A stretch of DNA of 64,000 nucleotides, from the NCBI GenBank assembly GCA_964586075.1, contig CAZPGZ010000007.1, positions 33,597 through 97,596 on the forward strand, written 5' to 3'. Position 1 is the first letter of the stretch, and each line of letters opens with the position of its first letter. Source of the stretch: an uncultured Nitrospiraceae bacterium. Its GTDB lineage: Bacteria; Nitrospirota; UBA9217. Below are positions 30,201-38,646 of this stretch, one piece after another. A program made the translations under genes and the position numbers. The notes beneath the pieces are model-generated. The model was given only the letters and a program-made list of their open reading frames with translations. It was not told where the DNA came from and made no database searches.

Positions 30201-30789
30201 TATCGTTTACCCGGAGCTGGTTCTGCTGGGTAGACTCCAGTTTTGAGAGTGCTTCCTGCCTCCTGGCTTTGTATTTCATGACGCCGGCTGTCTCCTCGAA
30301 CAGGAAGCGGCGGTCCTGGGGCTTGGAGGAAAGAATCTGATCAACGCGCCCCTGCTCGATGATTGCATGAATCTTGGCGCCCACTCCGGCGTCCATCATG
30401 AGGTCGCGGATATCCTTGAGGCGGCAGGGAATTTTATTGATAAGATATTCGCTCTCACCGGAGCGGAAAAGTCTGCGGGTGATCTCGATTTCGCTGTACT
30501 GCCCGAAACCCGACGGCAATGATCCTGAGACGTCCGTGAGCGTAAGGGTGACCTCAGCCATGCCGAGGGGTTTTCTGCTCTCGCTTCCGTTAAAGATGAC
30601 ATCTTCCATTTTATCGCCGCGGATATGTTTTGCGCTTTGCTCTCCCAGCACCCAGCGAATAGCATCGGAAATATTGCTTTTCCCGCATCCGTTTGGCCCT
30701 ACAACCGCGGTAATTCCCGGCTGGAACTTTACGGTGGTTTTGTCAGAAAAGGATTTAAAACCGATCATTTCAAGTGTTTTGAGCTGCAT
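27208..30789 (-). CDS. smc: Chromosome segregation protein SMC
   Basis: GFKSF, GPNGCGKSNI (Walker A), coiled coils, hinge (G.IHGLVAD, GGGRSTF), LSGGERAL, LDEVDAPLD, ITHNK. ATG 30789 follows GGAG. Confidence 0.97.
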   Translation of the reverse strand: MQLKTLEMIGFKSFSDKTTVKFQPGITAVVGPNGCGKSNISDAIRWVLGEQSAKHIRGDKMEDVIFNGSESRKPLGMAEVTLTLTDVSGSLPSGFGQYSEIEITRRLFRSGESEYLINKIPCRLKDIRDLMMDAGVGAKIHAIIEQGRVDQILSSKPQDRRFLFEETAGVMKYKARRQEALSKLESTQQNQLRVNDIITEVKRQVNSLDRQAKKAERYQKFRAEMKDLDHRLAAVEYSNLGQDWVAVSREFKKLEDEVTELHTALSKIEAAMEESRADALSAEHELTALQHKIHETESALNRSEHRVEISKSQIASLNEQRNRDLADITYLRQELSRITEQKTQHGDETRELEAVIQEKSSLLNEKTASLEILTQALKEKEFLLEETRAGILNALNESAAEKAKIANLQSRLTQLSEQDERDIREKQEIAAKLSELSALLAAKEQELATVASRRNAAQEERSALRARLEDAMGRKKTIESDLGAARNALAGQSSRLRSLLELEQKLEGYQKGVRTVMSAQKEASAENRFGRIHGLVADMIETDPQYELAIEAVLGDRLQYVVVDSQNDSLKAISYLKAQGGGRSTFVPKTPREIKTEPYVKNGNAGVIGTALNIVRYNDNYSHVAEYLLGDVVVVDTMDTALALWNKNGIHKTIVTLAGEIVDPWGAVTGGTVEAGGTGMLTKRREIKDLEHEVAELKTVTAGLESELKSVEDAIEADQIQETDLSQLIHSLEIDGVNKNKDCSAISDEITRTNDHAAALETASAERDLLRRDLNAGVEQASELLKNLETGHSNAQASIEAVQVEIAQQKDYLEAARAEITDIRMGLAALQEKCAAVARNLSSLVSTESDMTERLARREAEIEGIASKILEHESSISEAEVAIKEHITTLEAQRDVYNAKQEAHTVKTQALQTAEEQARHSRNDIEIAQKQLTACEVRRTELRMKIEHLKDRIWTSYHVELESIVQELGQFEINMEESALRLTELRDKIDQMGPINVDALQEYNELKERYDLLSAQQNDINESINNLKATIAKLDGETKELFVEAFNAIQEKFKEVFSLLFEGGKAELVLLDETDVLESGIEIIAQPRGKKFQAISLLSGGERALTAIALLFAAFLVKPSPFCMLDEVDAPLDEANVTRFTRLIREMSNRSQFITITHNKRTMEMADALYGITMEEPGCSRVVSVKLREEALV

Positions 30790-30978
30790 AGATCTCCTTG
30801 GCAAACCATAAACAAGCGAATTTTCACCCGATCATTCCAGGCTTTTGAGAAAAAAGAGCATTTATAATCTAAAAAATCCTAATATTCCCCGTAGAAACCC
30901 ATGGGGAAGGCAAACTATTTTGCAAAAATCGCAAAGTAGCGCTGGATGGTGAGTGCCGAAGTGATATTGTTAACAGCG

Positions 30979-31007
30979 TTTATATCATAAGCCGAGGGGT
31001 TTGTAAA
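30979..31007 (-). promoter_or_regulatory. Putative sigma70 promoter of smc
   Basis: TTTACA (31007-31002), 17 nt, TGA-TATAAA (30984-30979). Confidence 0.55.
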
Positions 31008-31046
31008 GCGAAAAATAACAAGCTGAAGTATTTGTTTTTTCAGGAC

Positions 31047-31062
31047 ATACAATATATTGTGG
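31047..31062. promoter_or_regulatory. NrdR-box-like palindrome
   Basis: ATACAATATATTGTGG matches acaCwAtATaTwGtgt at 14/16; core ACAATATATTGT is a perfect 12-bp palindrome. Confidence 0.5.
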
Positions 31063-31071
31063 TTTTTGTGG

Positions 31072-32760
31072 CTATGTTTCTCGCTGTTTTAGCCTCTTCA
31101 GCCCGGTTTTTATAGGCAAAAATATGGCCATACAATTGACAGCCAGAACGGCTGCAAACGACAGGATGATTGTCACCCAACCGGAAAAAGAAATGTGCCC
31201 GCCAAGGGTTTGGGCTATAAAGATGCGGTAGACCGGCCAGGATTCCAAGGCAATTACCAGTCCGATAAAAAGCATCGTCAGCAGCATATAGACGATTCCT
31301 CCAAAGCCAGTGGGAATCTGTGCAACATTCTCATGCTTGAATCTAGGAAATACCGCTCCGAGGCCGACCCCGAGAGCAACGATGCCGAATGTCATCATAA
31401 AAACAGTCGCGATCCCGAGATACTGCATAAATGGTGTAACTTGCAGAAGCGTATTCGAGAGGACGATCAAAATTTCAGCCAGTGCGAGCAGGGGCAGCAG
31501 ACTGCTCCAGAACTTTGCCCAGAGAAAATCTTCAAGTGCCAGAGGTGCAGAACGGATAATCCAGAATGAATTGCCTTCAAGGCTGACTGCCGGGAATATG
31601 AACCGTACCGCGACCGCAGAAGTAACAAAGCCGACCATTCCCAGATTCAGAAACGATATCAGATTCTGCAGGAAAAAGCTCGGCATCGCCGCTCGTTCCA
31701 GAGGCAGCAGCTTGAAGCTGTAAATATATACGATCATGAGTGCGAGCAGGAGAAATATCTGAGACCATTGAGAAGTGTCCCGGAAGAAAAGCTTTATGTC
31801 CTTCAGCACGATGGCGCGCATTTTTCCTCGAAACGGGAACGAGATAACGTTGAAAAGAAGAACAACGGTGCGTGAGCGGGAAATGGCGGCCTTTTTCCCT
31901 TCTTGGGAGCGCGACCAACCGGTATAATAGATATTTCCGCAGACCCACTCGCCGATCACGGTTCCGGCAAGGGCGGTGCTCCAGAGCATGAGCAGATAGA
32001 ATAGTGCTTCTCCGGTTGTCTTTCTCAGAAGCGGAGAGAGCGTTTCCGTGGCCCAGGTGCTCGGAAGAAGAGGGGAAACCGGCGTTCGCAGGGCGGTCAG
32101 ATACTGGACTAGCGATGGAAACGTATCGGGATCGACGAGTTTTTCCGGTTTAAGAATCCTGAAGAGGATATACAGTGCCACAAAAAAGAGAAGCCCCAGA
32201 AGCACAATAATGTCTTTCGCTCTGCGGGCCGGAAATGCATTGACGAGAAGCATGGTTACGATAATACCGATAGCCGCGGGAATCATCAAAAAAGGGAGAA
32301 GCATCAGGACCAGACCGAGGTAATATGCGAGTGAAGCCTTAAACACCGTACCGTAAGCGATAAATACCGGCAGGCCGTAAATGAGCGTCATCCATGACGA
32401 GTCTATCATTGTTTCAAGGAATTTTGCACGATAGATGCTGTCGATTTTGACAGGGCCCGCAAGCAGGATGTTCAACTCCTCCGAAAGATAATACGTGGAA
32501 AGCGAGGCGACGATATTGCTGAAAAGAAGGATGGAAAAAAATGTCAGGAGAATCATGGAGAGCAGACGGAGGGCGAGCAGGTCTCCGAGGCCCTCGATGG
32601 TTCTGAAGTACATGAGCACCTTGTACGAGACGACATACAGGAAAATCCAGAAGCCGAGCCCCAAGAGGACAAGTACGGTTGTCTTCAAACCGTCACCCGG
32701 AGCAAGGCGAGTCAAGCGATTTCGGATGGCATTATATCGTGGGGTGAGGAGAAGGAGCAT
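31072..32760 (-). CDS. Putative ABC exporter membrane subunit (multi-TM permease)
   Basis: 562 aa, about 12-14 hydrophobic segments, FPAVSLEGNSFWIIRSAPL; downstream of an ABC ATPase. Confidence 0.85.
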   Translation of the reverse strand: MLLLLTPRYNAIRNRLTRLAPGDGLKTTVLVLLGLGFWIFLYVVSYKVLMYFRTIEGLGDLLALRLLSMILLTFFSILLFSNIVASLSTYYLSEELNILLAGPVKIDSIYRAKFLETMIDSSWMTLIYGLPVFIAYGTVFKASLAYYLGLVLMLLPFLMIPAAIGIIVTMLLVNAFPARRAKDIIVLLGLLFFVALYILFRILKPEKLVDPDTFPSLVQYLTALRTPVSPLLPSTWATETLSPLLRKTTGEALFYLLMLWSTALAGTVIGEWVCGNIYYTGWSRSQEGKKAAISRSRTVVLLFNVISFPFRGKMRAIVLKDIKLFFRDTSQWSQIFLLLALMIVYIYSFKLLPLERAAMPSFFLQNLISFLNLGMVGFVTSAVAVRFIFPAVSLEGNSFWIIRSAPLALEDFLWAKFWSSLLPLLALAEILIVLSNTLLQVTPFMQYLGIATVFMMTFGIVALGVGLGAVFPRFKHENVAQIPTGFGGIVYMLLTMLFIGLVIALESWPVYRIFIAQTLGGHISFSGWVTIILSFAAVLAVNCMAIFLPIKTGLKRLKQRET

Positions 32761-32873
32761 AGTTGTTTCATGATACCGTAGTCTGGTTTGTAATCATCGG
32801 TACGGCGGTTTTTTTATAGTTTCTTTGCAAAAATATTGCGGTGTTAGCCTGACTTTTTGAGAGATTTTGTTGT

Positions 32874-33602
32874 TTATAATCTCTCATCTTCTCCTGTTAA
32901 TCTCAGAAAAATGGGCTCCAGGTGGCTGTTTTCCATCCTGGCCATGCGTCCTAGTTCTTCAACGCTTCCTTCGGCGATGATCGAGCCTTGATTTATAATC
33001 GCTACGCGCGTACACATCTGCTCCACAATTTCAAGCGTATGGGTGGACATGAATACGGCCACGCCTTTTGACGCAAGGTCTTTGAAAATATCTTTTACGA
33101 GCCGCGCGCCGCGCGGGTCAAGCCCTACCATCGGTTCGTCGACGACCAGCACTTTGGGGTCGTGGATAAGGGCCGATGCCATGACAAGTCGTTGCTTCAT
33201 TCCGTGAGAAAAATTTTCGACCAGTTCGTCACGCCAGTCGGATAAATTGAACAAATCGAGCAACGCATTGATTCGGTTGTTGGGAGCATGCATGCCGTAC
33301 AATTCAGCAATAAACCGCATGAACTCTGTTGCTGTGAGTTTCTCGTACAAAAACGGCCTGTCCGGGATGAATCCGGTGACAGCTTTTGCCTGGAGCGGTT
33401 CTTTCTGGACGTCATGGCCGCAGATAAGAACACTACCGTCCGTTGGCTGGAGCAGACCTGCCATCATTTTGATAGTCGTGGTTTTGCCCGCGCCGTTCGG
33501 CCCGAGAAAACCGAAAATTTCTCCTGAGGCCACTTCGAGATTGACATCCTTAACCGCGGCCAGTTTTCCGTAATTTTTCGTAAGATTGATTAGTTTGATC
33601 AT
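32874..33602 (-). CDS. ABC transporter ATP-binding protein
   Basis: GPNGAGKTT, FSHGMKQR signature, VVDEPMVGLDP, MSTH. Confidence 0.95.
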   Translation of the reverse strand: MIKLINLTKNYGKLAAVKDVNLEVASGEIFGFLGPNGAGKTTTIKMMAGLLQPTDGSVLICGHDVQKEPLQAKAVTGFIPDRPFLYEKLTATEFMRFIAELYGMHAPNNRINALLDLFNLSDWRDELVENFSHGMKQRLVMASALIHDPKVLVVDEPMVGLDPRGARLVKDIFKDLASKGVAVFMSTHTLEIVEQMCTRVAIINQGSIIAEGSVEELGRMARMENSHLEPIFLRLTGEDERL

Positions 33603-33608
33603 GGTTCT

Positions 33609-35063
33609 CTATTGGTATTCGAGCACGGACACGGTCAGTTTCCCCACCAGTTTTACAATATCCGACTGTTTGTCGAGATTGCCGCTTACAAACCGGATAT
33701 GCGTGACGTCTGCGGGGAACTGATTAAAGGTGGGATCAACAGCCATCCATTCTCCAACCCAGACTTCCGGCCATGCATGATAGTAAAATCCATCTTCCAG
33801 ATACACGATGCCTGCCGTCATGCGGGCAGGGATGCCCGCCGCCCGGGCCAGCGCGGTATATAGCGCCGTGTGTTCGTTGCAATCGCCCTCGCGCTGGTTG
33901 AGGACCTCCAGGGCGCTGGGGATGCTCACAACCGGTTTTTTGGCAAGTGCGTTGTAGACCCAGTCATTCAGCTTTTTTGCGGCTTTATATGCATTAGACT
34001 CGCCGGAGAGGATCTTTTTGCTCTGATCGATTATCTTCCGGTCGTCGCTTTGAATAAGCGGGCTCGCCTGCAGGTATTCACGCAGATCAGGGTTTGCATA
34101 CGGCAGTTGATAGCCGGGAACTGGGTCCGATGTGCTTATTTCAATGGTATCGCCTGTGAGCCTTTGACGGTCGCCGTTCAGTTGAAATCCCTTAAGAGAA
34201 ACGCCGGCTAATTTTGCCTTGAGATATTTCGCTTGGGCAGAATTTTTGATCGTTTCGGAAGAAGGTATCCTTGTCAGAGCGATAATATCTACGACCGGTC
34301 CTTTTTGGTCGAGTTTTTTAGCTTTCTGCGGATTTTCTTTCAACAGCACATACCCCAGCGGGCTTTCCTCCCTGATGGTTTCTCCGTCCTGGGTAACCCA
34401 GGACGTCGTTTTCATGCCCTGGAAAGTTTCTGCGAGTTTATAGATGGTCTGCTCTTTATCTCCCACCTTGATATGTTCGCTTGACACGACCGTAATGAAA
34501 GCATCTTCGGTGTTCATGGTGGCAGGATTAAACAAGGGAAAACGGTATTTTTTACCGGGCTCCAGGCCGAGAAGAAGGAGTGCCGGCTTGATATTCGGAG
34601 AAAGGTAGGGAGGTTCCTTCAGAGTGATTCGTTCCGTTCGTGTTGCTCCGCCGGTATCGATGTCCAGAACAAGTTTTTTCCCTATTACCGCTCCCTTGAT
34701 TTTTATGGATGAATTCCCCGATGCCATGGAAAAGTCAAAATATTTGAGAAGAAAGTTTTTTGTGGTATAACTATTGATAACGGTTTTAACCTGCTGCACG
34801 GAACCGAGAACCAGAAGGGTAAGTTCCGATTCCTCATAGAGGTGGTAGGTATCCGCCTCCGGCCTGATTTGGGTGTATGCAAATCCGATTTTTCTGTCCT
34901 GCTGGTAAATGCCGAACCATTCTTCTCCTGCACGAACGCCTTCTTCCGTGATAATGTCTAGGGCAATGACCGTGGTCGGTCGAAGATAGGTGCGTTCAAC
35001 AAGAAGACCGAGCATTGCAAACCAGACAGCGAGAACGATAATACTGAAAATTTTTTTCTTCAT
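33609..35063 (-). CDS. Membrane-anchored transglutaminase-like (cysteine protease fold) protein
   Basis: N-terminal TM from MKKKIFS (35063); C-terminal catalytic triad GDCNEH / YYHAWPEV / WMAVDPT. Confidence 0.88.
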   Translation of the reverse strand: MKKKIFSIIVLAVWFAMLGLLVERTYLRPTTVIALDIITEEGVRAGEEWFGIYQQDRKIGFAYTQIRPEADTYHLYEESELTLLVLGSVQQVKTVINSYTTKNFLLKYFDFSMASGNSSIKIKGAVIGKKLVLDIDTGGATRTERITLKEPPYLSPNIKPALLLLGLEPGKKYRFPLFNPATMNTEDAFITVVSSEHIKVGDKEQTIYKLAETFQGMKTTSWVTQDGETIREESPLGYVLLKENPQKAKKLDQKGPVVDIIALTRIPSSETIKNSAQAKYLKAKLAGVSLKGFQLNGDRQRLTGDTIEISTSDPVPGYQLPYANPDLREYLQASPLIQSDDRKIIDQSKKILSGESNAYKAAKKLNDWVYNALAKKPVVSIPSALEVLNQREGDCNEHTALYTALARAAGIPARMTAGIVYLEDGFYYHAWPEVWVGEWMAVDPTFNQFPADVTHIRFVSGNLDKQSDIVKLVGKLTVSVLEYQ

Positions 35064-35121
35064 ATCGAGAACTCTTGTATTTTTTTGGTAATAAAAACCG
35101 TTTTTTGTATGTCTGCTTGTT

Positions 35122-35150
35122 ATGTTAACCGGTCTTATATTTGTTGTCAA
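35122..35150 (-). promoter_or_regulatory. Putative sigma70 promoter of transglutaminase-ABC operon
   Basis: TTGACA (35150-35145), 17 nt, TAACAT (35127-35122). Confidence 0.55.
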
Positions 35151-35236
35151 TTCTGTTTGTTCCCGGGTTTAGTGGTATTTTCCGCGGAAGCAGCGTCTGT
35201 TTTCGTTTGTTCTTTGTTTGTCCGCCTTCAGGGTGA

Positions 35237-35281
35237 ATATTCAAGAACGTGTTGAATATAATACACGATTTATGCTATAGT
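35237..35281 (+). promoter_or_regulatory. Promoter of glycerate kinase gene with overlapping 8-7-8 inverted repeat
   Basis: ATATTCAA-gaacgtg-TTGAATAT (35237-35259); TTGAAT, 18 nt, TGC-TATAGT (35276-35281). Confidence 0.5.
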
Positions 35282-35322
35282 AATCAAATATTGTTATTTT
35301 TTGAAATGAAAGGAAGCCTTTC

Positions 35323-36639
35323 ATGAGCAAAGACGCGCTCGACATATTTCAGGCTGCGCTTGATGCGGTCGATCCATACGACGCCGTGCATAACCATATA
35401 TCCCGCATTGAGTCCCTCTATCGGAAGAACGATTTTAGCAGACTGTTTGCCGTCAGCGTCGGCAAAGCCGCTTTCCCGATGATGCATGCCGCGGCTGATG
35501 ACCTTGGAGACCGGATTGAAAAAGGCATTGTCCTGACCAAATACGGACATGCTCAAAAGGGCGTGCTGCCTGTCTCCATAGCCTGTTTAGAAGCAGGACA
35601 TCCCGTACCTGATGAAAATGGCCTGTCCGCCGCCCGCCGGATACTTGATTTACTTGAAACGACAGATGAACGGACCCTGGTACTCTGCCTGTTGTCCGGT
35701 GGGGCGTCCGCTTTGCTGGTTGCTCCATCCGAGGGCATTTCCCTCGCAGAGAAGCAACAGGTAACACAGCAGCTTTTGAAAACCGGTGCCGATATATTTG
35801 AGCTCAATACCGTTCGCAAACACATATCCCGCGTGAAAGGGGGACGGCTCGCTGAAAGAGCTTATCCAGCACGGGTCATTTCACTGATTCTTTCGGATGT
35901 GATCGGCGACCCGCTTGATGTCATTGCGTCCGGCCCCACCGCTCCCGATGCCTCAACCTATGAAGACGCTCTTGCAGTTGTCAGGAAATATGGATTGGAG
36001 GACCGCATCCCGAAGACCGTCATGCAGGTGCTTCACAATGGATTGAGCCGGATTATCCCGGAAACCCCGAAACAAGACCATCCTGCGTTCACACGCGTGG
36101 AAAATGTCATTATCGGCAGCAATCGCAAGGCCACAGAGGCCGCCCAGAAACGGGCCCAGGCTCTCGGATATGAAGCAGTTATTCTCGGCTGCGAATTCCA
36201 GGGGGAGGCTGCAGATGTCGGCCGCTCTCTTGCCCGCAAGGCTCTTGCGGTTAGCCGCGAATTGTCAGGTCATCCGGGGAAAAAAGTTTGTCTGATTGCA
36301 GGTGGTGAAACAACAGTCAAGGTGACCGGGAACGGTCTTGGTGGTAGAAATACCGAGATGGCCCTCGTTGCAGCAAAGGAGCTTGTGGGGGTGAAGGGCA
36401 TTACTTTTCTTTCCGCCGGCACAGACGGAACGGACGGACCAACGGATGCGGCCGGTGCTGTTGTGAACGGAGAAACAATTGCAAAGGCCCGCGCGAAAGG
36501 GCTTGATTCTGATGCTTATCTCAGTAATAACGATTCCTATAATTTTTTTAAGCCGATCGACGGCTTGGTTGTTACCGGGCCTACGGGTACAAATGTGATG
36601 GATGTCCACATTATTCTAATAGAGGCAAAACAGGGATGA
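35323..36639 (+). CDS. Glycerate kinase type 2 (MOFRL/TtuD family)
   Basis: GKAAFPM, EAGHPVPDENG, LSGGASAL, ELNTVRKHIS.VKGG, SDVIGD, IASGPT, GGETTV, GTDGTDGPTDAAGA, TGPTGTNVMD. Confidence 0.93.
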   Translation: MSKDALDIFQAALDAVDPYDAVHNHISRIESLYRKNDFSRLFAVSVGKAAFPMMHAAADDLGDRIEKGIVLTKYGHAQKGVLPVSIACLEAGHPVPDENGLSAARRILDLLETTDERTLVLCLLSGGASALLVAPSEGISLAEKQQVTQQLLKTGADIFELNTVRKHISRVKGGRLAERAYPARVISLILSDVIGDPLDVIASGPTAPDASTYEDALAVVRKYGLEDRIPKTVMQVLHNGLSRIIPETPKQDHPAFTRVENVIIGSNRKATEAAQKRAQALGYEAVILGCEFQGEAADVGRSLARKALAVSRELSGHPGKKVCLIAGGETTVKVTGNGLGGRNTEMALVAAKELVGVKGITFLSAGTDGTDGPTDAAGAVVNGETIAKARAKGLDSDAYLSNNDSYNFFKPIDGLVVTGPTGTNVMDVHIILIEAKQG

Positions 36640-36724
36640 CTTCTGACTGTTCGCATAGCTGTCCATGCGGAAGCGTGCTGAATTCGACTTGCCTGATTAT
36701 CAGTTGAAAAAGGAGACAGTGCAT

Positions 36725-37834
36725 ATGAAAAAAGTATTTATCACTATCTGCATACTCGGAATCTTTCTGGGGCTTACCTCCTGTGCAGATATCCACAAGG
36801 CTGTAAAAAGCGGCAGTCTGGCTGATGTCGAGATGGCGCTTGCCAATGGTGAAGATGTTAATAAACAGGACAGTGACGGCAATACGCCGCTTATAATGGC
36901 AGCGAGGCATGGTGACTTTGGAATTGTGCAAACATTGGTGAAAAAAGGCGCGACCATAAAGGCACGAAACAAGGAAGGTTATGATGCCCTGCTGGCCCTG
37001 GCTAATTATTCGATGCCGGGTAAACCGGGAACACCAAAAAACGCCAAACCCGCAGAACCGGTGGGCATAACGATCGAAGGCCATTTGAAAACGGCGGAAT
37101 TTTTGCTGAATGAAGGGGCTGACGTCAATGCAAAGAACGATGAAGGCAACACTGCGCTTATTCTTGCTGCGCAACTGAATAAAAAAGACATTGTTGAACT
37201 TCTATTGAATAAAGGTGCAGACGTGCACGCCGTTAATCTGAAAGGATATACTGCTCTGATGCTTGCGGCCAGCAAGGGGCAGGGGGATGTCATCTGCCCC
37301 CTGGTAAGAAAAGGCGCCGACATCAATGCGAAGGACAACGAAGGAAATACTGCGCTGCAGTATGCAACCCAATACAATCACAACAATGTATTGCAAATTT
37401 TCAGGCTGGGTTGTCCCATTAAAGGCGGTCCTGAGGTTAAGGAAAGCACGGACAGCTCTTTACAAACCAACGGCATAAAAATGGCGGATGTCCTGATGGT
37501 TGAAAAATCGATCGAATCTCTGCGCAACCCGGAGCCTTCCGTCCGATGGGAGGCTGCAAGGAGATTAGGCGAGTTAAAAGACGTTCGGGCCGTCATTCCT
37601 TTGATCGGTGCTTTGACGGATGAACATCCGTATGTGAGGAGAAGATCGGCGGTCTCGCTTGGAAAACTACAGGATTTCAGAGCAGTGGAACCCCTGATGA
37701 AATCCTTACGGGATGAAGATGCTTTCGTTCAGAAGTATGCACTTGAATCTCTCACCAGTATAACAGGGCAGAAATTCGGCAATGACCCCCAAAAATGGCA
37801 GGAATGGTGGAACCAGAGAATTCGCCAGAATTGA
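36725..37834 (+). CDS. Lipoprotein with ankyrin repeats and C-terminal HEAT repeats
   Basis: Lipobox LTSC; ankyrin motifs GNTPLIMAA, GNTALILAA, GYTALMLAA, GNTALQYA; HEAT motifs VRWEAARRLG, VRRRSAVSLG, VQKYALESL. Confidence 0.88.
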   Translation: MKKVFITICILGIFLGLTSCADIHKAVKSGSLADVEMALANGEDVNKQDSDGNTPLIMAARHGDFGIVQTLVKKGATIKARNKEGYDALLALANYSMPGKPGTPKNAKPAEPVGITIEGHLKTAEFLLNEGADVNAKNDEGNTALILAAQLNKKDIVELLLNKGADVHAVNLKGYTALMLAASKGQGDVICPLVRKGADINAKDNEGNTALQYATQYNHNNVLQIFRLGCPIKGGPEVKESTDSSLQTNGIKMADVLMVEKSIESLRNPEPSVRWEAARRLGELKDVRAVIPLIGALTDEHPYVRRRSAVSLGKLQDFRAVEPLMKSLRDEDAFVQKYALESLTSITGQKFGNDPQKWQEWWNQRIRQN

Positions 37835-37869
37835 AGATGTTATTTACCGATCCCTTTTGAAGGATTACC

Positions 37870-38646
37870 ATGATTCTAGTCACCAATGATGACGGCGTAT
37901 ATTCTCCCGGCATCCAGATTCTTGCCAAGCGGCTTCGTGAGCTTGATGAAGTGGTGATCGTTGCTCCGGATCGCGAACGGAGCGCTGCTGGCCATTCCAT
38001 GACGCTTCATAGACCGCTTCTGATTGAGGAAATAAAGAATTCCGTATACAGCGTGAACGGCACTCCGACTGACTGCGTCAATATCGCGGTAAAGGGCATG
38101 CTGCAGAAGGAACCTCGCCTTGTGGTTTCAGGCATCAACAAGGGGCCAAATCTGGGTGATGACGTTACGTATTCCGGGACTGTGGCTGGAGCCATTGAGG
38201 CCACGCTGCTGGGGATTCCCGCATTTTCCATTTCACTTGTTGCGCGCGAAGACTTTCACTTTTCAGATGCCGCAGAAATAGCGATGTATGTTGCGTCGAG
38301 GATATTGAATCAGGGGCTCGATGGTGGAACATTACTGAACATCAATGTCCCAAACTGTCCGCTTGCAGATATCCAGGGCATACGCGTCACCCGTCTGGGG
38401 AAGCGTATTTATAAGCAAATGACGGTAGAACGTGTAGACCCCCGGGGGAAGAAATATTACTGGATTGGCGGAGGGGAGCCGGACTGGGAGCGGAAAGAAG
38501 GGACCGACTTCGACGCTATCGACCACAAGATGGTCTCCATTACACCACTCCACCTTGATCTTACGGATTATTCTTCCTTTGATAAACTGCGGTCAATGGA
38601 AACACTGTTTTCCCTGCCGGTTAATCCCCGGAGGGATCCTGAGTGA
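37870..38646 (+). CDS. surE: 5'/3'-nucleotidase SurE
   Basis: ILVTNDDG, VAPDRERSA.GHS, NGTPTDCV, SGINKGPNLG.DVTYSGTV. Confidence 0.97.
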   Translation: MILVTNDDGVYSPGIQILAKRLRELDEVVIVAPDRERSAAGHSMTLHRPLLIEEIKNSVYSVNGTPTDCVNIAVKGMLQKEPRLVVSGINKGPNLGDDVTYSGTVAGAIEATLLGIPAFSISLVAREDFHFSDAAEIAMYVASRILNQGLDGGTLLNINVPNCPLADIQGIRVTRLGKRIYKQMTVERVDPRGKKYYWIGGGEPDWERKEGTDFDAIDHKMVSITPLHLDLTDYSSFDKLRSMETLFSLPVNPRRDPE

